Positions 20,467 to 30,559 of a stretch of DNA of 64,000 nt are shown piece after piece (the stretch's first letter is position 1; each line of letters starts with the position of its first letter). Both the position numbers and the translations under genes were made by a program. A model generated the notes under the pieces. It was not told where the DNA came from. It was given only the letters and a program-made list of their open reading frames with translations, and searched no databases. The DNA comes from Dehalococcoidia bacterium. GTDB taxonomy: Bacteria > Chloroflexota > Dehalococcoidia > Dehalococcoidales > RBG-16-60-22. The stretch covers positions 954,133-1,018,132 of the forward strand of contig JBGLNK010000001.1 in NCBI GenBank assembly GCA_041300405.1, in the 5' to 3' direction.

Positions 20467-21609
20467 ATGCGCCGCCTTGCCCACCCGCCATGGTTCTCCC
20501 TTTCGATTTGCCTGGCGGCAATTAACTTCTTCGCCAACACCGCCGTAGAAACTTCAAATATCTACATGGCGCTCTACGCGCGGAGCGTCGGCTCTTCCAA
20601 CATGCAGGTAGGCTTTATCGCCGCAGCCTCCGGTTTTGCTTTCCTGGCATCATCATTATTTTTCGGCAGACTATCGGATATTCACGGCCGGATGAAGTTC
20701 ATACGTATCGGCCTCGGTCTTATCGTTGTATCGTATTACCTCCAGACGCTGGCCTACAGTCCATGGACTTTACTGGCGGCCAGGAGCCTGGTGGGGTTCT
20801 GCGGAGGCATTAATGCTGCGGTCATCATGGCCTACACTTACGAAAATCAAAAGCAAATCGGTAACTTCATATCCTACGGCGCTCTCGGCTGGCTCGTGGG
20901 CGCGATGCTGGCCGCGGCGGTAAAAGAATTTGACGCGCTGTTTACCATCAGCGCCGCCGCCGCTTTCATATCCTTCGTACTGTCTTTCCGGCTGAAAGAA
21001 GAAAAAGAATCAGCCGTTCGCATCCGGGTGGCAGTTTTCCCCTCCAGTTTAATCAGGACAAATTACAGGGTGCTGCTCGCCTTTTTTTTGCGGCAGCTAG
21101 GCGGCATGGCCATCTGGACAGTCTGGCCTTTGTACCTGAGCAGCATCGGCGCAACCAAATTCTGGATTTCCGTTATGGATGCTACCAATATGCTGGGCCA
21201 GTTCGTAGCCTCGCTTTATGTAGAAAAATTTAATGAAGGTAAAATGGTACAGTTCGGACTCATCAGTTCGGTGGCTGTTTTTACGCTTTACGGTTTGGCT
21301 AATCATTACCTTGTAATGATACCCATTCAACTTTTATTATCCCTGGGCTATTCCGCTTTATTCATCGGGGCGCTGAATTACTTGTTAAAGCGCCACCGCG
21401 AACGCGGAACCGTAGCCGGGCTGTTGAACTCCTCGATGTCCCTGTCCGGCAGTATCGGGCCGTTTTTCGGAGGCGCGGTTTCACAGGCGTGGGGCTATGA
21501 TGCCGTCATGTATACCGGCGCAGTGCTTTCCCTGCTCGGTCTGTGGGCATCGAAAGGGATAAACTCCATCAAAGAAATGGCCGGTAGTGACTCCGAGGAA
21601 AAAGCGTGA
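20467..21609 (+). CDS. MFS transporter
   Basis: GRLSDIHGR motif A, ~12 TM helices. Confidence 0.9.
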   Translation: MRRLAHPPWFSLSICLAAINFFANTAVETSNIYMALYARSVGSSNMQVGFIAAASGFAFLASSLFFGRLSDIHGRMKFIRIGLGLIVVSYYLQTLAYSPWTLLAARSLVGFCGGINAAVIMAYTYENQKQIGNFISYGALGWLVGAMLAAAVKEFDALFTISAAAAFISFVLSFRLKEEKESAVRIRVAVFPSSLIRTNYRVLLAFFLRQLGGMAIWTVWPLYLSSIGATKFWISVMDATNMLGQFVASLYVEKFNEGKMVQFGLISSVAVFTLYGLANHYLVMIPIQLLLSLGYSALFIGALNYLLKRHRERGTVAGLLNSSMSLSGSIGPFFGGAVSQAWGYDAVMYTGAVLSLLGLWASKGINSIKEMAGSDSEEKA

Positions 21610-21616
21610 ACCGGTT

Positions 21617-22201
21617 TCAGGCGAGATACAGCTTGCGCAGCCAGCGCATTATATACTCATATTGAGGCGTAACCAGCCGCATTGCCCCGAAAGCCACCAG
21701 CGCGCCCAGGGTGCCGAAAACCGCTCCCCCGATGATATCCAGCGGATAGTGGATGCCGAGATAAACGCGCCCGAAGCTGCTAAGTAACGCAATCACCATC
21801 AGGATAGACCCATAAAGCTTGTTTTTCACAAAGACCGGAACGGCAATGGCAAAAAGAACAGCCGCCAGGTTGGAGGGGAAAGAAGAATCAGTCGGGCGGT
21901 AAAAAAGAAGGTTCACAGTATCCGCAGACAGCTCGTTAAACGGGCGGATGCGGAAATAAAAAGCATTGCATATCGCCACCAGCGCGTTGGTCAACCCGAT
22001 GCTCGCGGCGGCGGTGATGACGACCTTCTGATTTATCTGCCGCTGGGCAGCATTCCGCGTCCCGAACCACAACCATATCAGGATAAGGCAACTGACGATA
22101 ACGGCAAAGTAGTCATTGGAAATACCTTTAAATAATCCGTCTATTACAGATACGTTACCAGCCAACCCGTTGATAAAGAGAAAAACCGCCGTATCCGTCA
22201 T
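21617..22201 (-). CDS. PAP2-family phosphatase (undecaprenyl-PP phosphatase-like)
   Basis: RIRPF, SFPSN (His replaced by Asn), GRVYLGIHYPLD. Confidence 0.85.
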   Translation of the reverse strand: MTDTAVFLFINGLAGNVSVIDGLFKGISNDYFAVIVSCLILIWLWFGTRNAAQRQINQKVVITAAASIGLTNALVAICNAFYFRIRPFNELSADTVNLLFYRPTDSSFPSNLAAVLFAIAVPVFVKNKLYGSILMVIALLSSFGRVYLGIHYPLDIIGGAVFGTLGALVAFGAMRLVTPQYEYIMRWLRKLYLA

Positions 22202-22584
22202 CGCCCTTTTCCGTTCCGGTGGTTACGCAAGGCCTGGTAATAGGTGCAGTCACGGAGAGCATCCAGCCCCTCTTGCTTAGTATTCCCGTTACCGACACGA
22301 CGTGAATTTAAAATCGATGAAAAGACCAGGGTAAAGACAAGTGCAATTCCGGCGGAAAAAACAAACGATCCTGTCTGCTGGCTTCCTTCAACGATAATAG
22401 TGTTAAAATCATTCCAGGTTAGAAAAGCGAAAAGAGCGAGGCCTATTGCCAGGACAGCAAAGCCCACAGTATATCCACTGCTGGGGAAAAACAGCAAGCT
22501 GCGTAAATTGTTATGAGCCGCCGCTAATTGCAGAACGCCCACCACGCCGATAAAGACGAGCAGGCAATAATTAACAGACCACAT
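22198..22584 (-). CDS. hypothetical membrane protein
   Basis: 3 TM helices; stop overlaps PAP2 start. Confidence 0.7.
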   Translation of the reverse strand: MWSVNYCLLVFIGVVGVLQLAAAHNNLRSLLFFPSSGYTVGFAVLAIGLALFAFLTWNDFNTIIVEGSQQTGSFVFSAGIALVFTLVFSSILNSRRVGNGNTKQEGLDALRDCTYYQALRNHRNGKGR

Positions 22585-22787
22585 TTACCAAATTATAGCA
22601 CTTCAGGGGTACATGAGCAAAAAAATACACTTGATTTCCTATAAATATGTAAAATAGGGATATTATGTTTATTTCACGCTTCGGCAGCGCAGTTGTTACA
22701 CTTGATTACAGCGACATGTTATAATCATGTTGTTACAGCTCACCGATGATATGATCCACACCGGTGTATTCATAAGGTGAATTAAAC

Positions 22788-24968
22788 ATGAGAAAATATC
22801 GTTTATGTCCCAAGTGCGGGCATTCGGTTTTCGGCGGCAGATGTAAATGGTGTAACTATGTTTTATCACCTGACAATACAACCTCCGCAGAAGAGGCCGA
22901 GCCGCAGGAGCCTCAAGTTATCGAGGTTCCGCAGCTGTCCCCGCCTGTACCGGCGGCGCGTATCGAGCCGGAAGCCGCATCTAAATCTAACCAGATGGCC
23001 GTTATGGATGCCCAGCAGAAAGCCCGCCGAGTTCTTTACACTGCCGAACAAAACGCCCGCGAACTTGCCAACAAGACCAGGCAGGAATCCGATGCCAGGG
23101 CGGCCGAGATAATAGCTTCCGCCCAGCAGAAAGCCTCTGAGATATTAAGCAAGGCGGAACAAACCGCCGCCAAAACAACGGGCAAAACCATGTCCGATGC
23201 GGACACCAGGTCAGCGATGTTCATTGCCGAGAGCCAGCAAAAGGCGGAAAAGACACTGCGGGAAGCAGAGAAAGCCGCTGCAGAGCTGAAAGAAAAAACC
23301 AAAGCAGAAGTTAATGCAGAATCTTTTACCATAATTAGCGATGCGCGGCATAAGGCAGAGCAGATTCTGAAAGAAGCGCAGCAGAATTCCCGGGAATTAA
23401 CATGCCGGGAAAGCATATACAGGGTAGCTGAAGCGGAATCAGCCAGGATGGTAGCCGATGCCGAAGAAAAAGCGGCTAAAATCATCAGCAGTGCGGAACA
23501 GGCTGCGGCTGAACTCAGGCAGAAAACCAGGGCTGAAGTAGATGCCGAATCGGTGACGATTATCAATGACGCCCGGCAGTATGCGGAACAGACATTGCTC
23601 GAGGCAAAGAAGACATCCGCGGATTTGTCAAAGAAATCCAATGATTATGCAGAAGCAAAATCAGCCGAGATTATTAATTCCGCCCAGCGGAGAGCCGCTC
23701 ATATCATGGATGAAGCAAAACAAGCCAGCAAGGATATGATATCCAAAGAAAGAATATCTAAAGAAGCCAAGGGAGAATCCGCCAGGATTATCTCCCATGC
23801 CAAGCAGAAAGCAGACCAGACGATACGCGAGGCTGAATTAGCCCTTCCGGAGTTAATGAAAAAAGCTGAATCTGAAGCGGACCAAAAAGGCGCCGCTATT
23901 ATCGCCCAGGCACAGGAAAATGCTGCTCAAATAGTGCGCGATGGGGAACGGGCAGCGGCGGAACTGAAGGCAAAAACTACCCTTGAAGCAGATACAAAAT
24001 CAGCCGAGATTATCAGCGACGCCCGTGAAGAAGCTGTCTACGTCTTACTGGAAGCCGAACAGGCTGTCGCCGCCGCCGATGAAAAAGCCGCGACGATACT
24101 CACCGACGCCAGGCAGGAGGCGGATGAAATCATTATGCAAGCCCGGCAGGACGGCGCTGCAGCCGATGAGAAATCAGCGGCACTTGTTACCGATGCGGGG
24201 CAAAGGGTAAACAAGATTCTCGACGATGCGGGAAAAGCGGCGCTGGAACTGGTCAACCGCGCCAAGACTCAAGCAGACACCGAATCATCCGCGATTATTT
24301 CCCAGGCTGACGAGAAAGCGGAATTAATCCTGCGTGAAGCCAGGCAAACCGCCAAAGATACAACCGGAAAAGCAAAAGCGGAAAGCGAAGATAAAGCGGC
24401 GACGCTGGTCGCGGAAGCCAAACAAAAAGCAGCCGAAATTATCAAAGAAGCCAAACAGTCTTCCCGCGATTTGCTGGCTAAAGAAAAACTGATGAAAGAA
24501 GCTAAGACCGAAGCGGCAGAAATAATCCGCGAAGCCAGGGACAAGGCCAAACAGGTCATGCAGGAAGCGGAGCAAACCGCCGGAGAAATGATTGAAAGGG
24601 TGAAAACGGAAGCCAATCTGAAATCTGCGAATATCGTCAATCAATCACTGGAAATTGCCAGCAGGATGATGATCATGGCCAAATCACAGGAAAAAGCCGG
24701 GACAAAACAAAAGCAACCCGGCGCGCGTACCCCTTACAAAGCTAAAGATACCAACCATGACTATAAAGAAATGATACGCTTTTTAATTGAAGATTACCGC
24801 ACGGGCACGCTGAAAACCGGCGACGGCGAAGAGCTCAAGCAGAAACTCGAAACGCTTAAAGAAGATGACAATTGGGATTCATTATCCGCCGATGTAAAAG
24901 CGCTCGCCTTGATTAACCTGCTCAAACACCGTGTGCCGGGGCAACCACTCCTGAATGGTACGAGATAA
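22788..24968 (+). CDS. Zn-ribbon-capped long coiled-coil repeat protein (C-terminus replaced at junction ~24930)
   Basis: CPKC-x8-CKWC, Pro/Glu linker, many ~37-aa Ala/Glu/Lys repeats with II..A...A..I motif. Confidence 0.85.
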   Translation: MRKYRLCPKCGHSVFGGRCKWCNYVLSPDNTTSAEEAEPQEPQVIEVPQLSPPVPAARIEPEAASKSNQMAVMDAQQKARRVLYTAEQNARELANKTRQESDARAAEIIASAQQKASEILSKAEQTAAKTTGKTMSDADTRSAMFIAESQQKAEKTLREAEKAAAELKEKTKAEVNAESFTIISDARHKAEQILKEAQQNSRELTCRESIYRVAEAESARMVADAEEKAAKIISSAEQAAAELRQKTRAEVDAESVTIINDARQYAEQTLLEAKKTSADLSKKSNDYAEAKSAEIINSAQRRAAHIMDEAKQASKDMISKERISKEAKGESARIISHAKQKADQTIREAELALPELMKKAESEADQKGAAIIAQAQENAAQIVRDGERAAAELKAKTTLEADTKSAEIISDAREEAVYVLLEAEQAVAAADEKAATILTDARQEADEIIMQARQDGAAADEKSAALVTDAGQRVNKILDDAGKAALELVNRAKTQADTESSAIISQADEKAELILREARQTAKDTTGKAKAESEDKAATLVAEAKQKAAEIIKEAKQSSRDLLAKEKLMKEAKTEAAEIIREARDKAKQVMQEAEQTAGEMIERVKTEANLKSANIVNQSLEIASRMMIMAKSQEKAGTKQKQPGARTPYKAKDTNHDYKEMIRFLIEDYRTGTLKTGDGEELKQKLETLKEDDNWDSLSADVKALALINLLKHRVPGQPLLNGTR

Positions 24969-25644
24969 TTAACGGCGGCGGCACGCCGGCATGGACGGCG
25001 TTGGCCGGTATTTACGATGATGTCGAAACTGTGGCATTCTCTGCCAGTTTTGTTTCTGACCAAGCTATCCTGTTTGTTACCGAAACAATCGGGGGCGCTG
25101 GCGACGGCGCCATTACACTTCACGTCGGGAGCTTCAATAACAGAAAATTCGATGCTCAGCTTGATAACACCTTTCCCAGGATTCTCGAAACTAGCACCGC
25201 TTCCGCTCTGACCTGCAACCGCGCAGATATCGCCCTTGCGCCTGATTTCTACCTGAGTGATGAAGCCTCACAGAAAGGTTTCATTGGTGCTTCGCTAACA
25301 GGAGCGGCGGGACAAATCGGCGGCATTTACAGCTTCACCTATACAAACGCGGGCGACGTTTACACCTTGAAACAGATCAAGGAAAATGTCGCTATCGGCA
25401 GCGTGGCTTTTAACGGTACGAATCTGGTTGCCGGAGCTTATGATGCAAACTTCGTCTACCGTTCCGCGAATCCTCTGGCACCTATACCCGTTGTTATATC
25501 AGTTCCTTTCGGCCCGGACGGTATAGACAAGGTAATCGTCGCTTTTTCAAACGCGGGTGTGCTTGCCGGCGTTTCAGGCGCAAACAGCTTCTTTGCCGTA
25601 TCATCCGATGACGGAGCGACATTTACTTATATCAGTCTTTTGGA
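24930..25644 (+). CDS. internal fragment of a large surface/S-layer-like protein with BNR/Asp-box motif
   Basis: Frame opens near 24930 (GATTPEWYEIING...); SSDDGATF Asp-box-like motif; no start. Confidence 0.55.
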
Positions 25645-27374
25645 AAACGGCTTTGCCCAAACCCTGGCCGAAGGGCAAACGATAATCACCGCTCAATACG
25701 ACGCCATCAGCGATACAACCATACTTACGGTTAGCAATAACGTAACCCTCACCATGGCCTTCAGCGGCAACGGGAACATTACCCCATCCGCAGGCTCCCA
25801 TATTTATTCGGTGGGAGAGTCGGTTAATATTTCAGCTGCGCCTGCCGCCAGGTGGGCTTTTGTAAACTGGACAGGAGATGTTGCTAACACCGCCTCTGCC
25901 GCCACGAATGTAACCATGGACCAGGACAAGACAGTTACCGCTAATTTTGTCCGCACGCATGGGGCATTAACGCTGACGGCCAACGGTTCCGGAACAGTAT
26001 CCATGTCACCCGCTGCGGCGAACAATACTTACCCTGTGGACTAACGTCACGATTAACAGCGACTATACTATTACCGCCAACTTCAGCCAGACTCCGGCGG
26101 TTGGGGGAGGAGGCGGCGGCGGGGTAGGAGGCGGTGGAGGCAGCGGCGCTACCAACGAAAAAAGAATATTCGGCCTGGGCGGCATTATCACAGACTCCGG
26201 CGAGATGTTGGACGATATAGAAATATTGAGCATTGACATCAAGCTAAGTATGAATCTGACCAGGGGGACGATAGCAAAAAATAGCTCTGGTTGGGGATTA
26301 TCTATCATTACCGTCACGACCATCATGGAACCTGACGCGGCTCCAGCCGGGAACTTAATCATCGGGGGTGTTTATGACCTTAGCCCGAGCGGCGCCACGT
26401 TTGCCCCACCCTTGCCCCTGATAATGCACTACGATGAAAGCGCCATTCCGGAGGGAGTGGATGAGGAAAACCTGTACCTGGCTACCTGGGATGAAAGCCT
26501 CCGGACATGGGTGCGGGTAGACTGCCAGGTGGATATAAAAAACAATCAGATACTGGCATTTATTTCCCACTTTTCCAGGTACACGATTCTGGCTGATACC
26601 CGCAATGCTAATTTCACGATTTCCGACATATCGGTTAATCCTGCCCAGATTAACACCGGCGAAAGTGTCACCGTGAGCGTAAAAGTTGCTAACACAGGTA
26701 ACATAACCGGGGATCATCAGGCCGTCCTCAAGCTTAATGGCGCCGCCCAGGAAACAAAGAGCGTTAGCTTGTCCCCTAATACGAACACTATGGTTAGTTT
26801 TAACCTGAAAGGCGGCGAGTCCGGGACATATAGCGTTGACATCGAAACCTTGCATACGTCATTTACAGTTACAGGTATGCCCGCAAAATTTGAAGTCAAA
26901 GGACTTTCCATCTCCCCGGCTGAAATAAATCCAGGGGAATTTACTGTTATTTCAATAACTGTGACCAATAACGGCGAATCTGAAGGCAAGTATTTACTTA
27001 ATCTTAAAATTAATACTAGTATCGTTGAAACCAGGGAGATTGAAATAACCGGAAAAGCCAGCCAGGAAGTAATGTTGAAAGTGAAATCTGATGCACCGGG
27101 TAAAAACATAGTTGAGATCGATGGCTTGACCGGCAGTTTCATTGTCAGAGGCGAGGCAGCACCGCCTGCGCAAATACCCCTGCCTGCGGCAACTGCAGCT
27201 AATGCAGCAACAACAGAAATGACATCGGCGCCTGATACCTCCGCTCCAGCAATAACGACAGAACCTGACAAGGAAACTAAATCTAAATTGTGGATTTATG
27301 GGGTTTTGGGTGGAGGAATATTATTGATTGCCGCCTGTGTACTCATTATTATTTGGCGGCGAAGGCGTGATTAA
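25645..27374 (+). CDS. cell-surface protein, partial: Big_2 end, InlB-B-like repeats, Gly linker, CARDB-like domains, C-terminal TM anchor; frame break at ~26040
   Basis: EGQTIITAQY..TILTV; WAFVNWTGDV..MDQDKTVTANF; after 26040 a new frame gives TNVTINSDYTITANF then GGGGG linker; ends WIYGVLGGGILLIAACVLIIIWRRRRD. Confidence 0.7.
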
Positions 27375-27537
27375 TAAATAATAACTAAAGGTATATTGTT
27401 CAAATTTTTCCTGAAACAATGCTTGTTAGACTCACGGGATTTGTTCAGATTCCTACCTCGTTTGATTTTGCCGTTGTCTTCTTTTAGAAAACACGACTGA
27501 AGTCGTTTTCAGGAGGCAGGTCAAAGGTCTTCAACTA

Positions 27538-27780
27538 ATGAAAATCCAGCTGAATGAACGTAAAAGCATACGAGCAGCCGCAGCATTGCTAAAAAATCCA
27601 AAAGTGCTATTATAGCTAATGGTGGCTATGCGCATAACCAGGACAGATTAAAGAAATATGTGCTTATAATATCCAGAAAACATGGTTGGCGTCGGCGTAT
27701 CCGATAATAAAGGAGATGGTATTCTACGATTGAAGCAGGGGCGGCTAGAAGGCGTCGATTTTTATTTTTTGGAAGATTAA
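27538..27780 (+). pseudogene. degenerate fragment of FAD-dependent oxidoreductase (fumarate reductase/ketosteroid dehydrogenase-like)
   Basis: Across two frameshifts: KSAIIANGGYAHNQDRLKKY / NMVGVGVSDNKGDGILR, matching the A.GG...N and GDG motifs. Confidence 0.5.
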
Positions 27781-27935
27781 GGAAATATCCAACTGATGAA
27801 AAACGCATAGCCAGTATTGATGCCGCATTATCATTAAACTTGGTTGAAGGTGGCAAGGCACCAGTGATACATAATTTTAGGAGAACATAGGCGTTTCAGA
27901 CACAGTTAAAATGTTTAAAATACAAGGAGGGAAAC

Positions 27936-28229
27936 ATGGCTAAAGAAATACCTGCGCTGCCTAATGTCTCAACCCCCGGTACCCCGGTAATTTTTAATCC
28001 GGAAATATGTAACGGATGCAACCAGTGCATCGAAAACTGTCAAGTAGATGTTTACATCCCTAATCCCAGGAAAGGTAAACCGCCAATTATCCTGCATCCC
28101 GAAGAATGCTGGTATTGCGGTTGCTGTGTGAACGATTGCCATCGTCCGGGCGCGATAACTTTCAACTGGCCTCTTGCACAGCGGGGATATTGGAAGAACA
28201 AGGCTTCCGGGAAAATTTCAAGGATTTAG
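27936..28229 (+). CDS. 2x[4Fe-4S] ferredoxin, AprB-like
   Basis: CNGCNQCIENC and CWYCGCCVNDC; AAGGAGG RBS. Confidence 0.9.
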   Translation: MAKEIPALPNVSTPGTPVIFNPEICNGCNQCIENCQVDVYIPNPRKGKPPIILHPEECWYCGCCVNDCHRPGAITFNWPLAQRGYWKNKASGKISRI

Positions 28230-28287
28230 AGTACGGGTAGAGCCTCCAAAAAGTCGCTGATTATTTGATTAAAAAAGGAGAAATGAA

Positions 28288-30231
28288 ATGACTACCTGGC
28301 AAGATTATTATAAAGAAGAAGGCCGCGCTCCGGCATGGCCGTATCCCATAAAGTACGAGCAGGAACAGGAGATAGAGACCGATATCCTGATAATTGGCGG
28401 CGGTATTGCGGGCTGCTGGGCGGCCATCAGCGCTGCCAGGCAAGGACTGAGGGTGGCCCTAGTGGAAAAAGGTGACACCGTTAGAAGCGGCGCCGGAGGT
28501 CCCGGCTGCGATCACTGGTGCAATGTGCCCGCCAATCCCTTATCCAATGTAGACCCTGATGAGTGGGCTGAACATATGGCAAGCGTTCCCTATTCTAACG
28601 GCATCGGCATTCAGATTCAGTGCCGTGAAGACTGGGATACCTTGCAAGAGATGGAGCTTATAGGCGGGAAAATCAGGGATACAAAAGATGAATATGTCGG
28701 CGCTATCGGAAGAGATGAGAAGACTAGGCTCATGCTTTCCCCACGATATGGCGTAGCCAACAGCTACCTGCCCGCACCCAAATCTCCACCGATTTTTAAG
28801 AGTAATCCCGACCGTAAGCGTAACAACGTCGTCCTCAGGATATGGGGCACCTCCTTCAAGCCAGCCTTAAAACGTGAATGTAAACGCCTGGGAGTGAAAA
28901 TCTTCGACCGGGTTATGGGTACCAGCTTATTAACGGAAAACGGGGTCCAGGGCGCACGTGTGGTAGGCGCCACCGGCATAAACAACCGTACCGGTGAATT
29001 CATGATTTTCAAATCCAAAGCGACTATTCTCTCCACCGCGGGAAGCGGAGGGATGTGGATAATAGACACTGAAGTAGGCGGTCTCTGCTACATGCAATCA
29101 CGTACCAAGACCGGAGATGGCATGGTGATGGGCTGGAAAGCCGGAGCTGCTTTAACCCTGTTGGAAGCCAGCAGCCTCCATTCGATTGGCGGCGGCTATA
29201 AGCATAAGTGGTATACCGGAGCCGGAGATGCCAGCTACGAAAACGTCCCGCTGGTGGATGCCAACGGTAAAAGGCTCCCCTACCCGATACAGGGTTGGGA
29301 GGACGCGGGCGCTATGGCGCCGCCGGCTGCAGTTGTAGAAGCTATCCGGGAAGGTATAAGGAAAGGTGAATATGCGCTGCCGTTCTATGGTGATTTCCCT
29401 GGCATGTCGGATGTAGAACGGAGAGCAACCTGGAGATTGATGTTAAGTGAGGAATCGACGGTAAAAATCATCGTGGATACTTTCAATAAAGCAGGTTATG
29501 ATGAGAGCAAAGACCTGCTGCAGAGCTATAAGTTCCTGGAGGGTAACGCCCCGCCTCAATGGCGGGACCCCGGAAGAGGCGGACTAGTAGTCGATTGGAA
29601 CCTGAAGACCTCTCTCGACGGATTGTACGCCGCCGGAGGCCAGATGTTCTCCCCGCAGGATCACAGCTTTTGTGCTTCAACCGGCAGGTATGCCGGACGT
29701 AAAGCTTCTGCCTATGTCAAAGAGATAAGCCAGGGTAAGATTTCGCGCGAACAGATTGAACGGGAAAAAGCCCGCGTTTACGCGCCGGTAAGGCGCACCG
29801 CCGGCATGGACTGGAGGGAACTGCATGCCGGCATTGCCAGGACCATGCAGTGGTACTGCGCCGAGTATAAAACCGATTTACTTCTTAATATGGCTCTGGA
29901 TAACCTGAGGAAAATAGAAGAGGAATCGGTGCCTTTATTATATGCGCTGGATCCGCACAAACTGATGCGAGGTCTGGAGGACCTTAGCCTGCTGACTAAT
30001 GCCCAGATAGTCCTTCATGCTTCACTTGCGCGCAAAGCCAGCAGCATTCCCCTAGGCTTCCAGAGAATAGACTTTCCGGCTTTAGATCCGCCGGAGTGGA
30101 ATAAGTTCCTTACTATCAAACTGGAGAACGATAGAGTGAAGAATGAGGAACTCCCTGTAGGCTTCTGGGGTAACATGAAACAGCAATATGAAGCCCATAA
30201 TAAAGACTATGCCGGGGTTTATAAAAAATAA
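28288..30231 (+). CDS. AprA/SdhA-superfamily FAD oxidoreductase (AprA-like)
   Basis: IIGGGIAG, EKG..RSG, KSKATILSTAG, TGDGMVMG, GLYAAG; C-terminal helical domain. Confidence 0.85.
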   Translation: MTTWQDYYKEEGRAPAWPYPIKYEQEQEIETDILIIGGGIAGCWAAISAARQGLRVALVEKGDTVRSGAGGPGCDHWCNVPANPLSNVDPDEWAEHMASVPYSNGIGIQIQCREDWDTLQEMELIGGKIRDTKDEYVGAIGRDEKTRLMLSPRYGVANSYLPAPKSPPIFKSNPDRKRNNVVLRIWGTSFKPALKRECKRLGVKIFDRVMGTSLLTENGVQGARVVGATGINNRTGEFMIFKSKATILSTAGSGGMWIIDTEVGGLCYMQSRTKTGDGMVMGWKAGAALTLLEASSLHSIGGGYKHKWYTGAGDASYENVPLVDANGKRLPYPIQGWEDAGAMAPPAAVVEAIREGIRKGEYALPFYGDFPGMSDVERRATWRLMLSEESTVKIIVDTFNKAGYDESKDLLQSYKFLEGNAPPQWRDPGRGGLVVDWNLKTSLDGLYAAGGQMFSPQDHSFCASTGRYAGRKASAYVKEISQGKISREQIEREKARVYAPVRRTAGMDWRELHAGIARTMQWYCAEYKTDLLLNMALDNLRKIEEESVPLLYALDPHKLMRGLEDLSLLTNAQIVLHASLARKASSIPLGFQRIDFPALDPPEWNKFLTIKLENDRVKNEELPVGFWGNMKQQYEAHNKDYAGVYKK

Positions 30232-30260
30232 ATTTGCCGTCTGAATATTTTGAATCAAAA

Positions 30261-30315
30261 GCGACCTCCTATTATGGAATTTGCTATTTCAAATAATTTC
30301 AAGATAGGAGGTCGC
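30261..30315. repeat. 12-bp perfect inverted repeat (terminator or RBS-sequestering hairpin)
   Basis: GCGACCTCCTAT (30261-72) / ATAGGAGGTCGC (30304-15), just after the AprA-like gene. Confidence 0.6.
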
Positions 30316-30559
30316 ACCTATATGCAGTTTGGAACGCAACCAATAACAGTATTGGGATTAATAAGACTTTGAGAACAACAATGTAAGAATCTTTTTATGA
30401 CACTCCAACCATTCCTTTAACATGGATTTCCATTCTTTCTTTTCGATGGTACCGGCGTCAGGTATGAAAAAAAATCCTATCACCAATAGTGATACCGCTT
30501 GTTAACTCATAGCCCCAGTTAGATTAGCTTCAGGAAATGGTGGCCGATACCCGCACTGA

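Noticed and set aside
26100-26150. G-quadruplex or simple-sequence contingency repeat
   Set aside because: Explained as the poly-Gly linker codons of the surface protein.
28288-30231. True APS reductase indicating sulfate reduction
   Set aside because: The AprA signature region is divergent and no sat/qmo/dsr context is present; reported only as AprA-like.
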